Shown one piece after another: positions 39,065-49,152 of a DNA stretch of 64,000 nt; position 1 is the stretch's first letter; the number at the start of each line of letters is the position of its first letter. The DNA lies in the sequence record ON113170.1, one strand, 5' to 3'. The DNA is from Enterococcus phage vB_OCPT_CCS1. The notes under the pieces were generated by a model, which saw only the letters and a program-made list of their open reading frames with translations, was not told the origin of the DNA and did not search any database. Made by a program: the position numbers and the translations under genes.

Positions 39065-40027
39065 ATGGTTAAAGCATTACAATTAGCAGGTACTACATTT
39101 GGTAAATGGCACGTAAAAGAACGAGATACTTCTAAGAAAGGTAGAGCATACTGGATTTGTGAATGCTCTTGTGGAAGAACAGTTCAATCTATTCCGAGCG
39201 GTACTCTTACTACAGGCTCATCTGTGATGTGTAAACAATGTGCAAATGAGAAATCTTTAGTGGGTAAGACTTTTGGTAGGTTGACCGTCATTAAAGATTC
39301 AGGTGAACGAGCAACTAATGGTAGTATCCTTTGGGAGTGTAAATGTTCCTGTGGGAAGACAAGCCTTGTCAGGGGTTCAGAGTTAACAGGGGGTCGCACA
39401 AAGAGTTGTGGTTGTTACTCCACGGATGTACTCAAAAAAGTAGCCACTAAACATGGATTGTCTAAAGTGAACGGAAAACCCACAAAATTATTCCGGGCAT
39501 GGGCTTCGATGAAACAACGGTGTTACAACAAGAACCATGCGAGTTATAAAGATTACGGTGGAAGAGGTATAACCATATGTTCTGAATGGCGTGAAAACTT
39601 TGAAGCTTTCCATGATTGGGCTATGACTAACGGATTTTCCGATGACTTGTCTATTGATAGAATTGACAATGACAAAGGCTATTCACCAGATAACTGTCGA
39701 TGGGTAGATGCTAAAACCCAGATTCGAAATAGACGAAATACAGTTACTTATGAGTGGCAAGGAAAGGAGTATACTCGAGCTGAGTTAAGTAGGTTGACAG
39801 GTATAAATGAGCAAACCATTGCTTCAAGATTGAACAAAGGTTTTTCCCTTGAAGAAACCCTTTCTTCAAAAGTAGGCACTTCTGTATTACTTATGACCTA
39901 TAAAGGGGAGACTAAACCTGTCAAACAATGGTGTAAAGAACTAGGGTTGAACTATGCAACTGTACGTAACAGACATTATAAGGGTTGGACTGATGAAGAA
40001 GCTTTGACTGGTATACGTAATAAATAG
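39065..40027 (+). CDS. free-standing HNH-family homing-endonuclease-like protein with N-terminal CxC...CxxC zinc motifs and C-terminal tandem HTH-like repeats
   Basis: core SMKQRCYNKNHASYKDYGGRGITICSEWRENFEAFHDWAMTNGFSDDLSIDRIDNDKGYSPDNCRWVDAKTQIRNRRN matches the phage HNH_3-type endonuclease signature (DRIDN...NCRWV...Q.RN); three ECxCG Cys clusters; repeated ...TRAELSRLTGINEQTIASRLNKG / ...KQWCKELGLNYATVRNRHYKG motifs. Confidence 0.6.
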   Translation: MVKALQLAGTTFGKWHVKERDTSKKGRAYWICECSCGRTVQSIPSGTLTTGSSVMCKQCANEKSLVGKTFGRLTVIKDSGERATNGSILWECKCSCGKTSLVRGSELTGGRTKSCGCYSTDVLKKVATKHGLSKVNGKPTKLFRAWASMKQRCYNKNHASYKDYGGRGITICSEWRENFEAFHDWAMTNGFSDDLSIDRIDNDKGYSPDNCRWVDAKTQIRNRRNTVTYEWQGKEYTRAELSRLTGINEQTIASRLNKGFSLEETLSSKVGTSVLLMTYKGETKPVKQWCKELGLNYATVRNRHYKGWTDEEALTGIRNK

Positions 40028-40044
40028 TCAACCAAGTTGAATAG

Positions 40045-40083
40045 CCTCTATATGCTATACTAGGCATATAGGGGTTATTTTTT
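40045..40083 (+). terminator. rho-independent terminator (ctatatgc-loop-gcatatag followed by a T-rich run)
   Basis: 8-bp stem followed by ttattttttat. Confidence 0.6.
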
Positions 40084-40104
40084 ATGTAAAGGAGACTTAT
40101 TTAT

Positions 40105-40311
40105 ATGCCAGAATCATTTAGACAAAAATCATCAGGAGCTTTAATTTTTAGACCTACAGTTTCTGAGAAAATTCATTCTAACCAGATGAAAGCTCTTGCT
40201 AAAGATAAAGAGAAATTGAACAGAGACATACAAGAGGTTAATAATTTAAAACAAGAATTGACTAAGGAACTAGAAGAAATTAGAGAACTAAAAAACAGGT
40301 TAAAAGGATAA
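40105..40311 (+). CDS. small coiled-coil protein (68 aa)
   Basis: ORF with AAAGGAGA RBS; KLNRDIQEVNNLKQELTKELEEIRELKNRLKG heptad-like C-terminus. Confidence 0.4.
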   Translation: MPESFRQKSSGALIFRPTVSEKIHSNQMKALAKDKEKLNRDIQEVNNLKQELTKELEEIRELKNRLKG

Positions 40312-40504
40312 AATGTCCTATTTTAAATTTTTGACCTCCTTATATATTTAATATTATATATTTAACTATTTATCTAAGTTATATGTATTTATATATTATA
40401 TATTTATATATAAGGGAACCAAAAATGGAAAATAGGACATTGACACACACTTACAGTACTGGTACAATAGTATTGTAAGGTGTGAGACATTATTAGGAGG
40501 ACTT
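40312..40504 (+). other. AT-rich intergenic region with 14-bp direct repeat (atattatatattta twice) and a consensus promoter (TTGACA, 17 nt, TGgTACAAT at 40440-40468) driving the helicase gene
   Basis: exact 14-mer at 40346 and 40391; -35 TTGACA at 40440; extended -10 at 40460-40468. Confidence 0.55.
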
Positions 40505-42280
40505 ATGAGACTAGTAATAGATGTAATGCACACTCAGATTAGATTTGATGAAAACGAAGGTAGCCTTCGTAGCACTATACATAAAGTAATGCACGAAGAA
40601 CTTGGAGTAAAAGCAGATGGCTATCAATTTAGTCCTGCATATAAATCAGGCTACTGGGATGGAATTATTGATTTTTACAATAAGGACAACGATACGTTCC
40701 CTACAGGTCTAGTACCTAAAGTAGAGGAAATCCTAGGAAGACTACAAACTGCTATGGGTAGTAGAGGTTACATGTTTCAATTTGAGATTATTGATGACAG
40801 ACCTGACAAATTCATGGAAGTTGAGGAAATGGATTCAGAAATTAAATTGAATGGTGACAATGGAGAAGTAATTACTCTACGTGACTATCAATATGATTCT
40901 GTAAAAAGTATTATTGAGAAGCAAACAGGTATTATCAATGTTGCTACTAACGGTGGTAAAACTGAGATTGCTTCTGGGTTAATACAGCAAATCTTACCTG
41001 CTTTAGAGTCAGGAGAAAGAATTGCATTCTTCACAAACAGCTCCTCTATCTTCACTCAATCTATCGACCGTATTGAAAAACGATTAGGCATTAAAGTAGG
41101 TGCCTTTGGAGCAGGTAAAAAGGATATTCAACAAGTTACATTTGTGATGATTCCAACAATTACCTCTGCTATTTCAGCAGACCCAGAAGCTAAACTTAAA
41201 CTTACACCAAAAGAGCGTATGTACAAAAAGTTAGCTAAAGAAATTGCTCCTAAGTTCCTTACAGGGTTTAATCAAAAAGGACTACTTGAAGGTTACATTC
41301 GTAACTTCCAAGTTAAAACAAAAGCTGACTTACAGTTGAAACATGAATTGGAAGAAGCTTACTACAGTTGTGGAACTAACAAACAGGTAGTGATGAAAAT
41401 GCGTAGCTATCAAGCTGAGTATGAAAAGGTAGTCGAGAAAAAGAACGGGAAGGTCTTGAAGAAATACAACGAAGCAAAAGAGTTTTTAGAATCTGTTGCT
41501 GTTATGATTGTAGACGAGGCACACCATACTAGTTCTGATACTTGGTACCAAGCACTAACTGCTTGTTCTAATGCTCAGTATCGTATGGCTTTAACAGGTT
41601 CTATTGACATGAAAAACCATGTGTTATGGCAAAGAATGCAAGCCATTTTTGGTTCCATTACTACCAAGGTTTCGAATGATACCTTAATCAGCTTAGGTCA
41701 CTCTGCAAAACCTAAAATTACCATTTTCCCAATTATTGCCCCTACAGACATCGAAAACTCCAATTACATGGATGCTTACAAGATGGGGATAGTGGACAAT
41801 GTATACAGAAACTCTTTGATTGCTAAACTTACAAAGAAAATGTACGAGAGTGGTAGTGGAGTACTGGTAATTATTAATCGTATTGAACACGGGGAAACGA
41901 TTAGTGAGTTATTAGATGCAGAAGGTGTACCACATTACTTCATTCACGGAGAGCTTGACAATGACTTACGTGATGAAAAGTTACAAGAAATGCGTGACGG
42001 ACATTTGAAGGTGATGATTTCCTCAACAATTATTGATGAGGGGGTTGACATCTCCGGTATTGATACCTTAATATTAGGTGCAGGTGGTAAGTCCTTACGT
42101 CAAACCTTGCAACGGGTAGGTCGTGGCTTACGTAAGAAAAAGACAGGTGAAAACAAGGTATCTGTTTTTGATTTTTACGACTTGACAAATAAACACTTGA
42201 AGAAACATTCGGAAGAGAGAAGAAAAATCTATGAGAAAGAACAATTTGAGATTGTTGACATCCCTCTTCCAACGAAATAA
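40505..42280 (+). CDS. SF2 DEAH-type DNA helicase
   Basis: motif I ATNGGKTEIA; motif II VDEAHH; motif VI QTLQRVGRGLR; 591 aa. Confidence 0.8.
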   Translation: MRLVIDVMHTQIRFDENEGSLRSTIHKVMHEELGVKADGYQFSPAYKSGYWDGIIDFYNKDNDTFPTGLVPKVEEILGRLQTAMGSRGYMFQFEIIDDRPDKFMEVEEMDSEIKLNGDNGEVITLRDYQYDSVKSIIEKQTGIINVATNGGKTEIASGLIQQILPALESGERIAFFTNSSSIFTQSIDRIEKRLGIKVGAFGAGKKDIQQVTFVMIPTITSAISADPEAKLKLTPKERMYKKLAKEIAPKFLTGFNQKGLLEGYIRNFQVKTKADLQLKHELEEAYYSCGTNKQVVMKMRSYQAEYEKVVEKKNGKVLKKYNEAKEFLESVAVMIVDEAHHTSSDTWYQALTACSNAQYRMALTGSIDMKNHVLWQRMQAIFGSITTKVSNDTLISLGHSAKPKITIFPIIAPTDIENSNYMDAYKMGIVDNVYRNSLIAKLTKKMYESGSGVLVIINRIEHGETISELLDAEGVPHYFIHGELDNDLRDEKLQEMRDGHLKVMISSTIIDEGVDISGIDTLILGAGGKSLRQTLQRVGRGLRKKKTGENKVSVFDFYDLTNKHLKKHSEERRKIYEKEQFEIVDIPLPTK

Positions 42281-42295
42281 ACGAGGAGGTACAAG

Positions 42296-43939
42296 ATGAC
42301 AAGTCAATGCTTAACAAATGAAATTCGAGCACAATATAGTCTAGGCAACGGAATTGTTGAGTTCGTTGAAAGATTAGCTAAAAAAGCACAGCAATGGGGA
42401 GAAACATTTGCTACCCCTATACGCAAGACAACTGTAGCTGAGGAGATGGGACGTGACACACGTACTGTTACTCGGTATCTAGGACAACTTGAAGAGTTGG
42501 GTCTTGTTAGTACAGAAGCAAAACGTGGTAGAAATGGAGGAACTGTTGTCGTGTTTAATACTGATATTCTAAATTTTGAACCAACTGATAACCCGATTAC
42601 TTCGGAGACAAAGGAAGCTAAGGAGATTCGTGAACGTGTCTTCCCAAAAGCACCAACTCCGAAGCCTAAAAGACGGTACCGTACAAAATTAGAGATTGCA
42701 GAAGCTCGCATTTTAGAACAAAAGCAAAAAAGCTTTGAAGAACGCTTAAACGACTTACTTGAACGTACCTTCTTGGATAGAGACTTTTTTGATAATTTCG
42801 AAGAACCTCGTTTGTATTTCCAAGGGTATTTAATTGCACAAATGTACAATGCTTATGCAGTTATTTTCCCAAAGAATAGACATGAGTTCTTCAAAGATAT
42901 TGATGTTAAAAAATCAGAGGAAGGTTTACGTAGTATGAACAAAGCTAAATCATACAACGTGTTACCTGCTCGTTTTGTAGGAACCCCACAGTACAACAAA
43001 TTTGTTGAAGTAGCTAGGTACTGTAATGAGAATAATATTAACCCATTATCTTATCTAACTGTTCAATTTGAGCGTGCAGAGCATTTAGCTGACATTGGTA
43101 AAGCTCGTGTAGGGGCTATTCCTTATGTAAACACTCTACTGTGTGAAGAAGCTCGTAAAGCTTATTCTGACAATGTAATGTTTTATCGTAAAATGCGTAA
43201 TAGCTTTAACTTATTCGGTATGAGTAGTAGTTCTGTTCCGTATAAAGGGGCTAAATATGAGATTATTGTAGCTCTACGTACTGCGTACGAATTAGATAGA
43301 ACAACGAGAGATACTTTCAACTACTTATTAGACGAATTAGCTAGTGGTGCACAACAATCAGTGAAACAAGCAACCTTGTTAGGTTATTACAATACTACTT
43401 TAAATGCTCTTTCAGAAAGTGATTTAGCAGATGAAGACCAACAATTAATCAGAGATTTCTTAAAAGAGCAAGTATTGCTATATTCACGTAAGAACTCATT
43501 GAGCAGTACTATCTATGCTTTAGCTTTCCCATTACAAATTAGCGCTGTTAATTCAGTTGCGACCCTAAAAGGTCTTGACAAAGAGATGTATTACACTTAT
43601 ATTGGTAATATGTACAAGGTTACAGATGTTAACGATGATGAATACGATAGTTTCACGGAACGTGGTCGAACAATTGACTTCTCTTACAATGCTAATGATA
43701 CTTTCTTTAGTACAATGCGATTAATTGCAGATTGTAAGGGTCTAGGAGTTCCGGCAGGTAAGCTAGGAAGCGCCTTACAAAAATTCGGTGAAGAAAAAGT
43801 TCCGTTAGATACTTTTGGTATGTTAGATATTGAACGTATCTATGATAAATTGATTGATTCGGATGAGTTAGCCAAAGACCGATATATTCAAGACAAAGAT
43901 GCAACCATGATGAGTATGGTTGTGACTGACGAGGGGTAG
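42296..43939 (+). CDS. replication-associated protein with N-terminal winged-helix-like domain (possible initiator or helicase loader)
   Basis: 547-aa ORF between two helicases; N-terminal HTH-like segment (TTVAEEMGRDTRTVTRYLGQLEELGLVS); functional call is positional only. Confidence 0.35.
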   Translation: MTSQCLTNEIRAQYSLGNGIVEFVERLAKKAQQWGETFATPIRKTTVAEEMGRDTRTVTRYLGQLEELGLVSTEAKRGRNGGTVVVFNTDILNFEPTDNPITSETKEAKEIRERVFPKAPTPKPKRRYRTKLEIAEARILEQKQKSFEERLNDLLERTFLDRDFFDNFEEPRLYFQGYLIAQMYNAYAVIFPKNRHEFFKDIDVKKSEEGLRSMNKAKSYNVLPARFVGTPQYNKFVEVARYCNENNINPLSYLTVQFERAEHLADIGKARVGAIPYVNTLLCEEARKAYSDNVMFYRKMRNSFNLFGMSSSSVPYKGAKYEIIVALRTAYELDRTTRDTFNYLLDELASGAQQSVKQATLLGYYNTTLNALSESDLADEDQQLIRDFLKEQVLLYSRKNSLSSTIYALAFPLQISAVNSVATLKGLDKEMYYTYIGNMYKVTDVNDDEYDSFTERGRTIDFSYNANDTFFSTMRLIADCKGLGVPAGKLGSALQKFGEEKVPLDTFGMLDIERIYDKLIDSDELAKDRYIQDKDATMMSMVVTDEG

Positions 43940-43952
43940 GGAGAAAAGCAGA

Positions 43953-45425
43953 ATGAGTCAAATTCACAAACAAACCATTTATAAAGCCATTAGTGAACCT
44001 TTGTTCGCAAAGGATGTTTTTAGTCGATTACCAATTGAAGATTTTAAAGAGGATGGATACGACATGATTGTATCCACCTTAAATCTTTATTATCGTACAC
44101 ATGATGCTCCACTAGAGGAACAAACGTTGTTAACTCTTGTGGAAGACAAAATGTTGAAACAAAACAAAAGTTTAGAAGCACAGCAAGTTGCTTTTAACTT
44201 AGTAAGTGACCTTTACAAATTAGAGGAAGCAGAAACAGATTCGGAAGCAATTAGTGAAAGTGTTCAGAACTATGTACGTAAGACTTTAACACGTGAAGCT
44301 ATCATGGAAGCTGTAACGAATGATGGAGCATTAGGTTCTGACCAAAACATTCAGAGCCTTATGGAGTCTTTGCGTGGAATCATGACAATCGACACAGGCG
44401 GACATGGAGCAGAACTTTTAGATTTCTTTGCTGATATTGATAAGAAAAAAGAACATCTACGTAATTTACAGCAAAACAAATATCCAACAGGTTTCATGGC
44501 TATTGATGCTATCTCTGATGGTGGTTTAGCCCGTGGTGAGGTTGGTATGGTTATTGCACCTACAGGTGGTGGTAAAACTACTTGGGCAGTAAACCAAGCT
44601 AGAAATTATGTTGTACGAGGTTTAAACGTGTTATACGTTCCTTTGGAGGAGAAAATTGACCGTATGATTGTTCGTTTTGAACAGCTTCTATCTCAACAAA
44701 GTAAGAACAGTATCCTAGTTGATGGGGAGTTAAACGAACAGTTATATGACCAAATTCAACAAGCGTATGGTGCAGGTAAAGAACAGTTAAACTGGGGGAA
44801 CTTATGGATTCGTAAATACAAACCCCAAGAGCTAACTCCTAGTGGGCTATCTCAATTGATTTCTGACGTAATGATTCGTAAAGGACAACAAATTGACGTA
44901 GTTATTATTGACTACCCTGATTTGATGAAGAATCCCCATTCAAGTGGTGGTAACGGAGAGTCAGATGCGGGTGGTAAATTATACGAAGATATTCGTTCAA
45001 TTGCCCAAGAATATGACTTTGTTTGTTGGACTCTATCTCAGTTGAACCGTGCTAGTTATGGTCAAGAAGTGAAGAATGCCGGAGCAATTGAGGGTTCAAA
45101 ACGTAAAATGAATGCGGTAGAATTAATCTTCACACTTAACCAAACACCAGAAGAGTTCCAAAGTGGGTTTATTCGTGCTTACGTAGACAAGTTACGTAAT
45201 AACAGTGGTGTAGCTTATGATAAAATGTTGTATTTTAAAGTTATCCCCGAAACAATGACAATTCGTGATGAGACCCAAGAAGAACGAATGGCTCATGCGA
45301 ACTTGTTAGAACAAACAATGGAAGTAGCCAGAGATAACTACAAGAAGGAAAACAATTTTACACCAAAGGATGCCCAAAGTAAAATTAACAACTTAAACGC
45401 ACAGCTAGCAGGAGGTCTAAAATAA
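43953..45425 (+). CDS. DnaB-like replicative helicase (RecA-fold C-terminal domain)
   Basis: FMAIDAISDGGLARGEVGMVIAPTGGGKTTWAVNQA (DnaB C-terminal H1/Walker A pattern); VVIIDYPDLM (DnaB Walker B LIVIDYLQLM-like). Confidence 0.65.
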   Translation: MSQIHKQTIYKAISEPLFAKDVFSRLPIEDFKEDGYDMIVSTLNLYYRTHDAPLEEQTLLTLVEDKMLKQNKSLEAQQVAFNLVSDLYKLEEAETDSEAISESVQNYVRKTLTREAIMEAVTNDGALGSDQNIQSLMESLRGIMTIDTGGHGAELLDFFADIDKKKEHLRNLQQNKYPTGFMAIDAISDGGLARGEVGMVIAPTGGGKTTWAVNQARNYVVRGLNVLYVPLEEKIDRMIVRFEQLLSQQSKNSILVDGELNEQLYDQIQQAYGAGKEQLNWGNLWIRKYKPQELTPSGLSQLISDVMIRKGQQIDVVIIDYPDLMKNPHSSGGNGESDAGGKLYEDIRSIAQEYDFVCWTLSQLNRASYGQEVKNAGAIEGSKRKMNAVELIFTLNQTPEEFQSGFIRAYVDKLRNNSGVAYDKMLYFKVIPETMTIRDETQEERMAHANLLEQTMEVARDNYKKENNFTPKDAQSKINNLNAQLAGGLK

Positions 45426-46465
45426 TGAAACATATTATTAACTTTTCTGATTTTCATATGCACTTTTTTAAGGACTTCTCTAAGCCAGATGCTGTTTATG
45501 TTACTGACCGAGCAAAAGAACAAATAAAGGTTCTCGAAGACTTAATGAATTACGCTCGTGAAGTTAAAGGAGATGTTTTATTTAATGGAGACCTGTTTCA
45601 TAAACGGGTTTCTATTGATGTCAGAATATTCAACATGATGTTCGAGGTATTTAGTTCATACCCAGATGTACCAATAATCATGGTTAGTGGTAATCACGAT
45701 AAGGTAACGAATGCTCTAGCCTCTGACAGCGCCCTAGAAGCGTTTAATGCTTTACCTAATGTAACTGTCATCTCTACAATGGAAAAGCTTGTACGGGACG
45801 AATACACGCTTTATGGAGTGAGTTACGGGGAAGAAGTAGATGAAATGAAGGAATGGATTGCAGAAGAGGCTAAGAAGTTAGACCCTAACACAATCAACAT
45901 ACTTTGTGCTCATATCGGTGTTGATGGTTCTTCTACTGGACAGTATTCCCATACACTTAGTGGAGCATTCAAGGTAGCTGACCTGTATCCTGATAATTTT
46001 GATATTGTTACGCTTGGTCACTATCATAAACGACAATTCTTAGGTGGACTATCTAATGTATTTTACGTAGGTAACACCTTACAGACTTCTTTTGCTGATG
46101 AAGGTCAAGCTAAAGGCTTTATGGATATTACCTTAGATGGTAAAGAATGGAGTATGGAATTTGTCAAAGCAAACTATACCCCATTTATGACTGTAACAGC
46201 AGATACAGTACCAGAAGATTTAAGCGGAGCATTTATCCAGTTTGTTGGTAACGTTACTGAAACCGAAGCTGTTAAAAAGCTTAAAGAAGACAATGACCTG
46301 TCTAACTTACGAATTAAAGTGCAGAAGGACTATTATGTACCTCCACGTATTGAAATTACAGCAGGTTCCACCCCAGAAGAAGTTGTACGAGCATTTACCG
46401 ATAAGAAATACCCCGATTTACAGGACAAAGCTTTAGAATGTTTACGTATAGCTACAGAGATATAA
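45425..46465 (+). CDS. SbcD/Mre11-family nuclease (calcineurin-like phosphoesterase)
   Basis: phosphoesterase motifs DFH, GDLFH, GNHD, HIG, GHYH in canonical order. Confidence 0.8.
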   Translation: MKHIINFSDFHMHFFKDFSKPDAVYVTDRAKEQIKVLEDLMNYAREVKGDVLFNGDLFHKRVSIDVRIFNMMFEVFSSYPDVPIIMVSGNHDKVTNALASDSALEAFNALPNVTVISTMEKLVRDEYTLYGVSYGEEVDEMKEWIAEEAKKLDPNTINILCAHIGVDGSSTGQYSHTLSGAFKVADLYPDNFDIVTLGHYHKRQFLGGLSNVFYVGNTLQTSFADEGQAKGFMDITLDGKEWSMEFVKANYTPFMTVTADTVPEDLSGAFIQFVGNVTETEAVKKLKEDNDLSNLRIKVQKDYYVPPRIEITAGSTPEEVVRAFTDKKYPDLQDKALECLRIATEI

Positions 46466-46480
46466 ATTAATAGATTTTTT

Positions 46481-46506
46481 AAGCCCAGAACATTCTGGGC
46501 TTTTTT
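46481..46506 (+). terminator. rho-independent terminator (gcccag-loop-ctgggc followed by T6)
   Basis: hairpin plus T run, immediately after the SbcD stop. Confidence 0.7.
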
Positions 46507-46517
46507 GGCATACACCC

Positions 46518-46546
46518 TTGACATGTAAGTGCTTGTAATGTATACT
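46518..46546 (+). promoter_or_regulatory. consensus sigma-A promoter (TTGACA, 17 nt, TGTATACT)
   Basis: -35 TTGACA at 46518; -10 TATACT at 46541 with an upstream TG. Confidence 0.7.
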
Positions 46547-46583
46547 TATGTTAGTAACAGACATACACTTACAGGAGGTAAAA

Positions 46584-48476
46584 ATGTTAAAGTTTAAACG
46601 TGTAAGCGCAAAGAACTATCTCTCTATTGGAGAAGTATCTATCGACTTAGATAATCGAGGGCTTGTTTTAATCGAGGGAATTAATGACACGAACGAAACG
46701 TTCCAGAGTAATGGTTCAGGTAAAAGTACGTTGCTGTCAACTGTCACTTATGCACTATATGGCACTACACCTAGTGGCTTAAAAGCGGATGCTGTAATTA
46801 ATAGACAGGTCAAAAAGAACATGTCTGTTATTTTAGAGTTTGAAAAAGACGGTATCCCATATAGAATTGAACGTTATCGTAAACATAGTAAATTTAAAAA
46901 TACAACGAAGTTATTTCAAGGAGATACTGATTTAACACAAAAATCTGTAGCCGATACAGACAAAAAAATCTTAGACATCTTCGGGATTGATTACCTTACA
47001 TATGCAAATAGCATCATGTACGGACAAGGAAACGTAGAAATATTTGCTACTGCTACAGATAAGGGTAAGAAGCAAATATTAGAAAATCTAGCTGATATTG
47101 GTGTATACCGATATGCACAGGATGTAGCAAAAGAAAAAGAAAAAGAAGCTAATGCTTTAGTAGAAGAACTTGGTAGACAGCACATGACTAAGGTAGCTGA
47201 GATAGAAACATTAAAACAAGTTTATTCTAGTGCATTAGAACAATACGCTAATACAGAAAGAATGATTGTTGCTCGGAAACAAGAGTATGAAGAAGCCAGA
47301 TTAAAATATACCGAGGCAGAAGACATGCTCGCTCAAATGGAACAAGAAGTAACACCAAAGATTGAACAACTAACTAAAGAGTTGGAAGCTTGCGCAGTCC
47401 CAGAAGATAGCTTTGCAATATCAGAGGAATTGCGAGAACAGCAGGCTAATCTGTTTAAGTTAAATCAAGCAAAAACTACTACACAACAAGCTATTAATAA
47501 AGCACAAGTAGATTTGAGTAACACTGAGCAAGCTACAAATTGTCAGTTATGTGGTGCACCTCTAGATGCGGAACATCGGCAAAAAGAGATGTTACGATTG
47601 CAACAAGAAATTCAGGAGAAACAAGCTTTCATTACACAATTAGATTCAGCAATTGTTGCTTACTCTGATTTGGAACAGAAAGCTAAAGAAAAACAGGCAA
47701 GGGTACAGCAAGAAGTTAATGAAGTTGTTACAAAACAACGCAATATACAGTCAGCTATTAATGAATTAAACAATCGTTTACGTACGGCTGAAAATGCTGT
47801 AGCACTTACACGGAACAATGTAACTAATCTATCAGGAGCCATAGCTCACTTAGAGGGCATTCCGAAACCAGAATATGACACGGAAGCGGAAGCTCGTATT
47901 AAAGCAGAAATGGAAGACATTACTAAACGAAAAGAATTAGCAGAACAAGAAGCAAGACAATACCATATTTTAGCACTAGAAGTCTTCTCAAATAAAGGGA
48001 TTCGTTCGGAGGTATTAGACCTAGTAACACCATTCTTAAATGAACGAGCTAACCACTATTTGTCTACTTTATCCGGTTCTGATATTGAAATTAGATTTAG
48101 TACACAGACAGAAAATGCAGACGGAAGTCTAAAAGATAAATTTGATTTAGAGGTAATTAACGGTTCTGGTGGAGACACCTACCAAGCAAACTCTGAGGGT
48201 GAGAAGAAGAGAATTGATTTAGCTATCTCCTTTGCCATCCAAGACTTGGTACAATCAAAAGCAAACATTGCTGTGAACCTAGGCTTATACGATGAATGTT
48301 TTGATGGCTTAGATTCTATCGGCTGTGAAAATGTGATTAAGATTTTGAAAGAAAGACAGAAAAACATTAGCAGTATCTTTGTTATTACACATAATGACAA
48401 TCTCAAACCATTGTTCGAAAATGTAGTTACTATGCAAAAAACAGAAGGAAATTCCTTCTTAGTTGAAAATAAGTAA
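46584..48476 (+). CDS. SbcC/Rad50-family SMC-like ATPase
   Basis: Walker A NGSGKST; long coiled coil with a central CQLCG zinc hook; Walker B DECFDGLD near the C-terminus; start set at ATG 46584 after the AGGAGGT RBS. Confidence 0.8.
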   Translation: MLKFKRVSAKNYLSIGEVSIDLDNRGLVLIEGINDTNETFQSNGSGKSTLLSTVTYALYGTTPSGLKADAVINRQVKKNMSVILEFEKDGIPYRIERYRKHSKFKNTTKLFQGDTDLTQKSVADTDKKILDIFGIDYLTYANSIMYGQGNVEIFATATDKGKKQILENLADIGVYRYAQDVAKEKEKEANALVEELGRQHMTKVAEIETLKQVYSSALEQYANTERMIVARKQEYEEARLKYTEAEDMLAQMEQEVTPKIEQLTKELEACAVPEDSFAISEELREQQANLFKLNQAKTTTQQAINKAQVDLSNTEQATNCQLCGAPLDAEHRQKEMLRLQQEIQEKQAFITQLDSAIVAYSDLEQKAKEKQARVQQEVNEVVTKQRNIQSAINELNNRLRTAENAVALTRNNVTNLSGAIAHLEGIPKPEYDTEAEARIKAEMEDITKRKELAEQEARQYHILALEVFSNKGIRSEVLDLVTPFLNERANHYLSTLSGSDIEIRFSTQTENADGSLKDKFDLEVINGSGGDTYQANSEGEKKRIDLAISFAIQDLVQSKANIAVNLGLYDECFDGLDSIGCENVIKILKERQKNISSIFVITHNDNLKPLFENVVTMQKTEGNSFLVENK

Positions 48477-48489
48477 GGATGGTAATTAC

Positions 48490-49149
48490 ATGAAATTATA
48501 TTCAGTAGATAAAGGGCGTAACCTTGGAACGGTACTCGTCCCAACAAATGTAGGCTACACACAACGTTTAGATTTCCCACTTGACACATTGTTTGATTGG
48601 TACCCATGTTGCCCAAGATATGATTACAAGTACAGTGATACACGAGATAAGATGTACATTGTAATGATTGAGGAAAATGAAAAGCTTCCGTTACGTTACA
48701 ATGTACCACCAACAAAAAAACGTGTAAAGTCAAAAACTGCTTGCTTTATTACAAATACTTGGTATAATCAAGAAGTAGCTGACGAAAATAAAAAGTTATT
48801 CAGCTTTGCAGAAAACTATGACATTGTAACACCTAACAAAGAGAATTATACTCTGGAAGACATAAACAAGAGTATTGAACGTGTACAGGACATTTTAGAC
48901 ATGCTGTACACAGTTCAAGAAAAACAAGTAGAAAAAGACTTGATTGTTCGAGTTGGTACTTTGGAAAAAGAAGCTCCTGATTCAGAAGAATTGAAGGCAG
49001 TACATCAGGAAATTAAAGAATACATGCAGTTAGACCGAGAGGGAAAAGCTTCACATGTATTAAGCTTATTGCCCCAACATGTCGAAGAGTTATATGCAAA
49101 CTTTGGAGAAGTTTACACAATGTTAAATCTAATGAAGAAAGTAGTGTAG
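48490..49149 (+). CDS. hypothetical protein
   Basis: ORF; ATG 48490 preceded by AAGGATGG; the track's TTG 48463 start is less likely. Confidence 0.5.
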   Translation: MKLYSVDKGRNLGTVLVPTNVGYTQRLDFPLDTLFDWYPCCPRYDYKYSDTRDKMYIVMIEENEKLPLRYNVPPTKKRVKSKTACFITNTWYNQEVADENKKLFSFAENYDIVTPNKENYTLEDINKSIERVQDILDMLYTVQEKQVEKDLIVRVGTLEKEAPDSEELKAVHQEIKEYMQLDREGKASHVLSLLPQHVEELYANFGEVYTMLNLMKKVV

Positions 49150-49152
49150 GAA

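Noticed and set aside
40312-40504. AT-rich repeats considered as a CRISPR array or tRNA
   Set aside because: There are only two 14-bp repeat copies, with no spacer-repeat periodicity and no cloverleaf-compatible structure. No CRISPR arrays or tRNA genes were recognised anywhere in the window.
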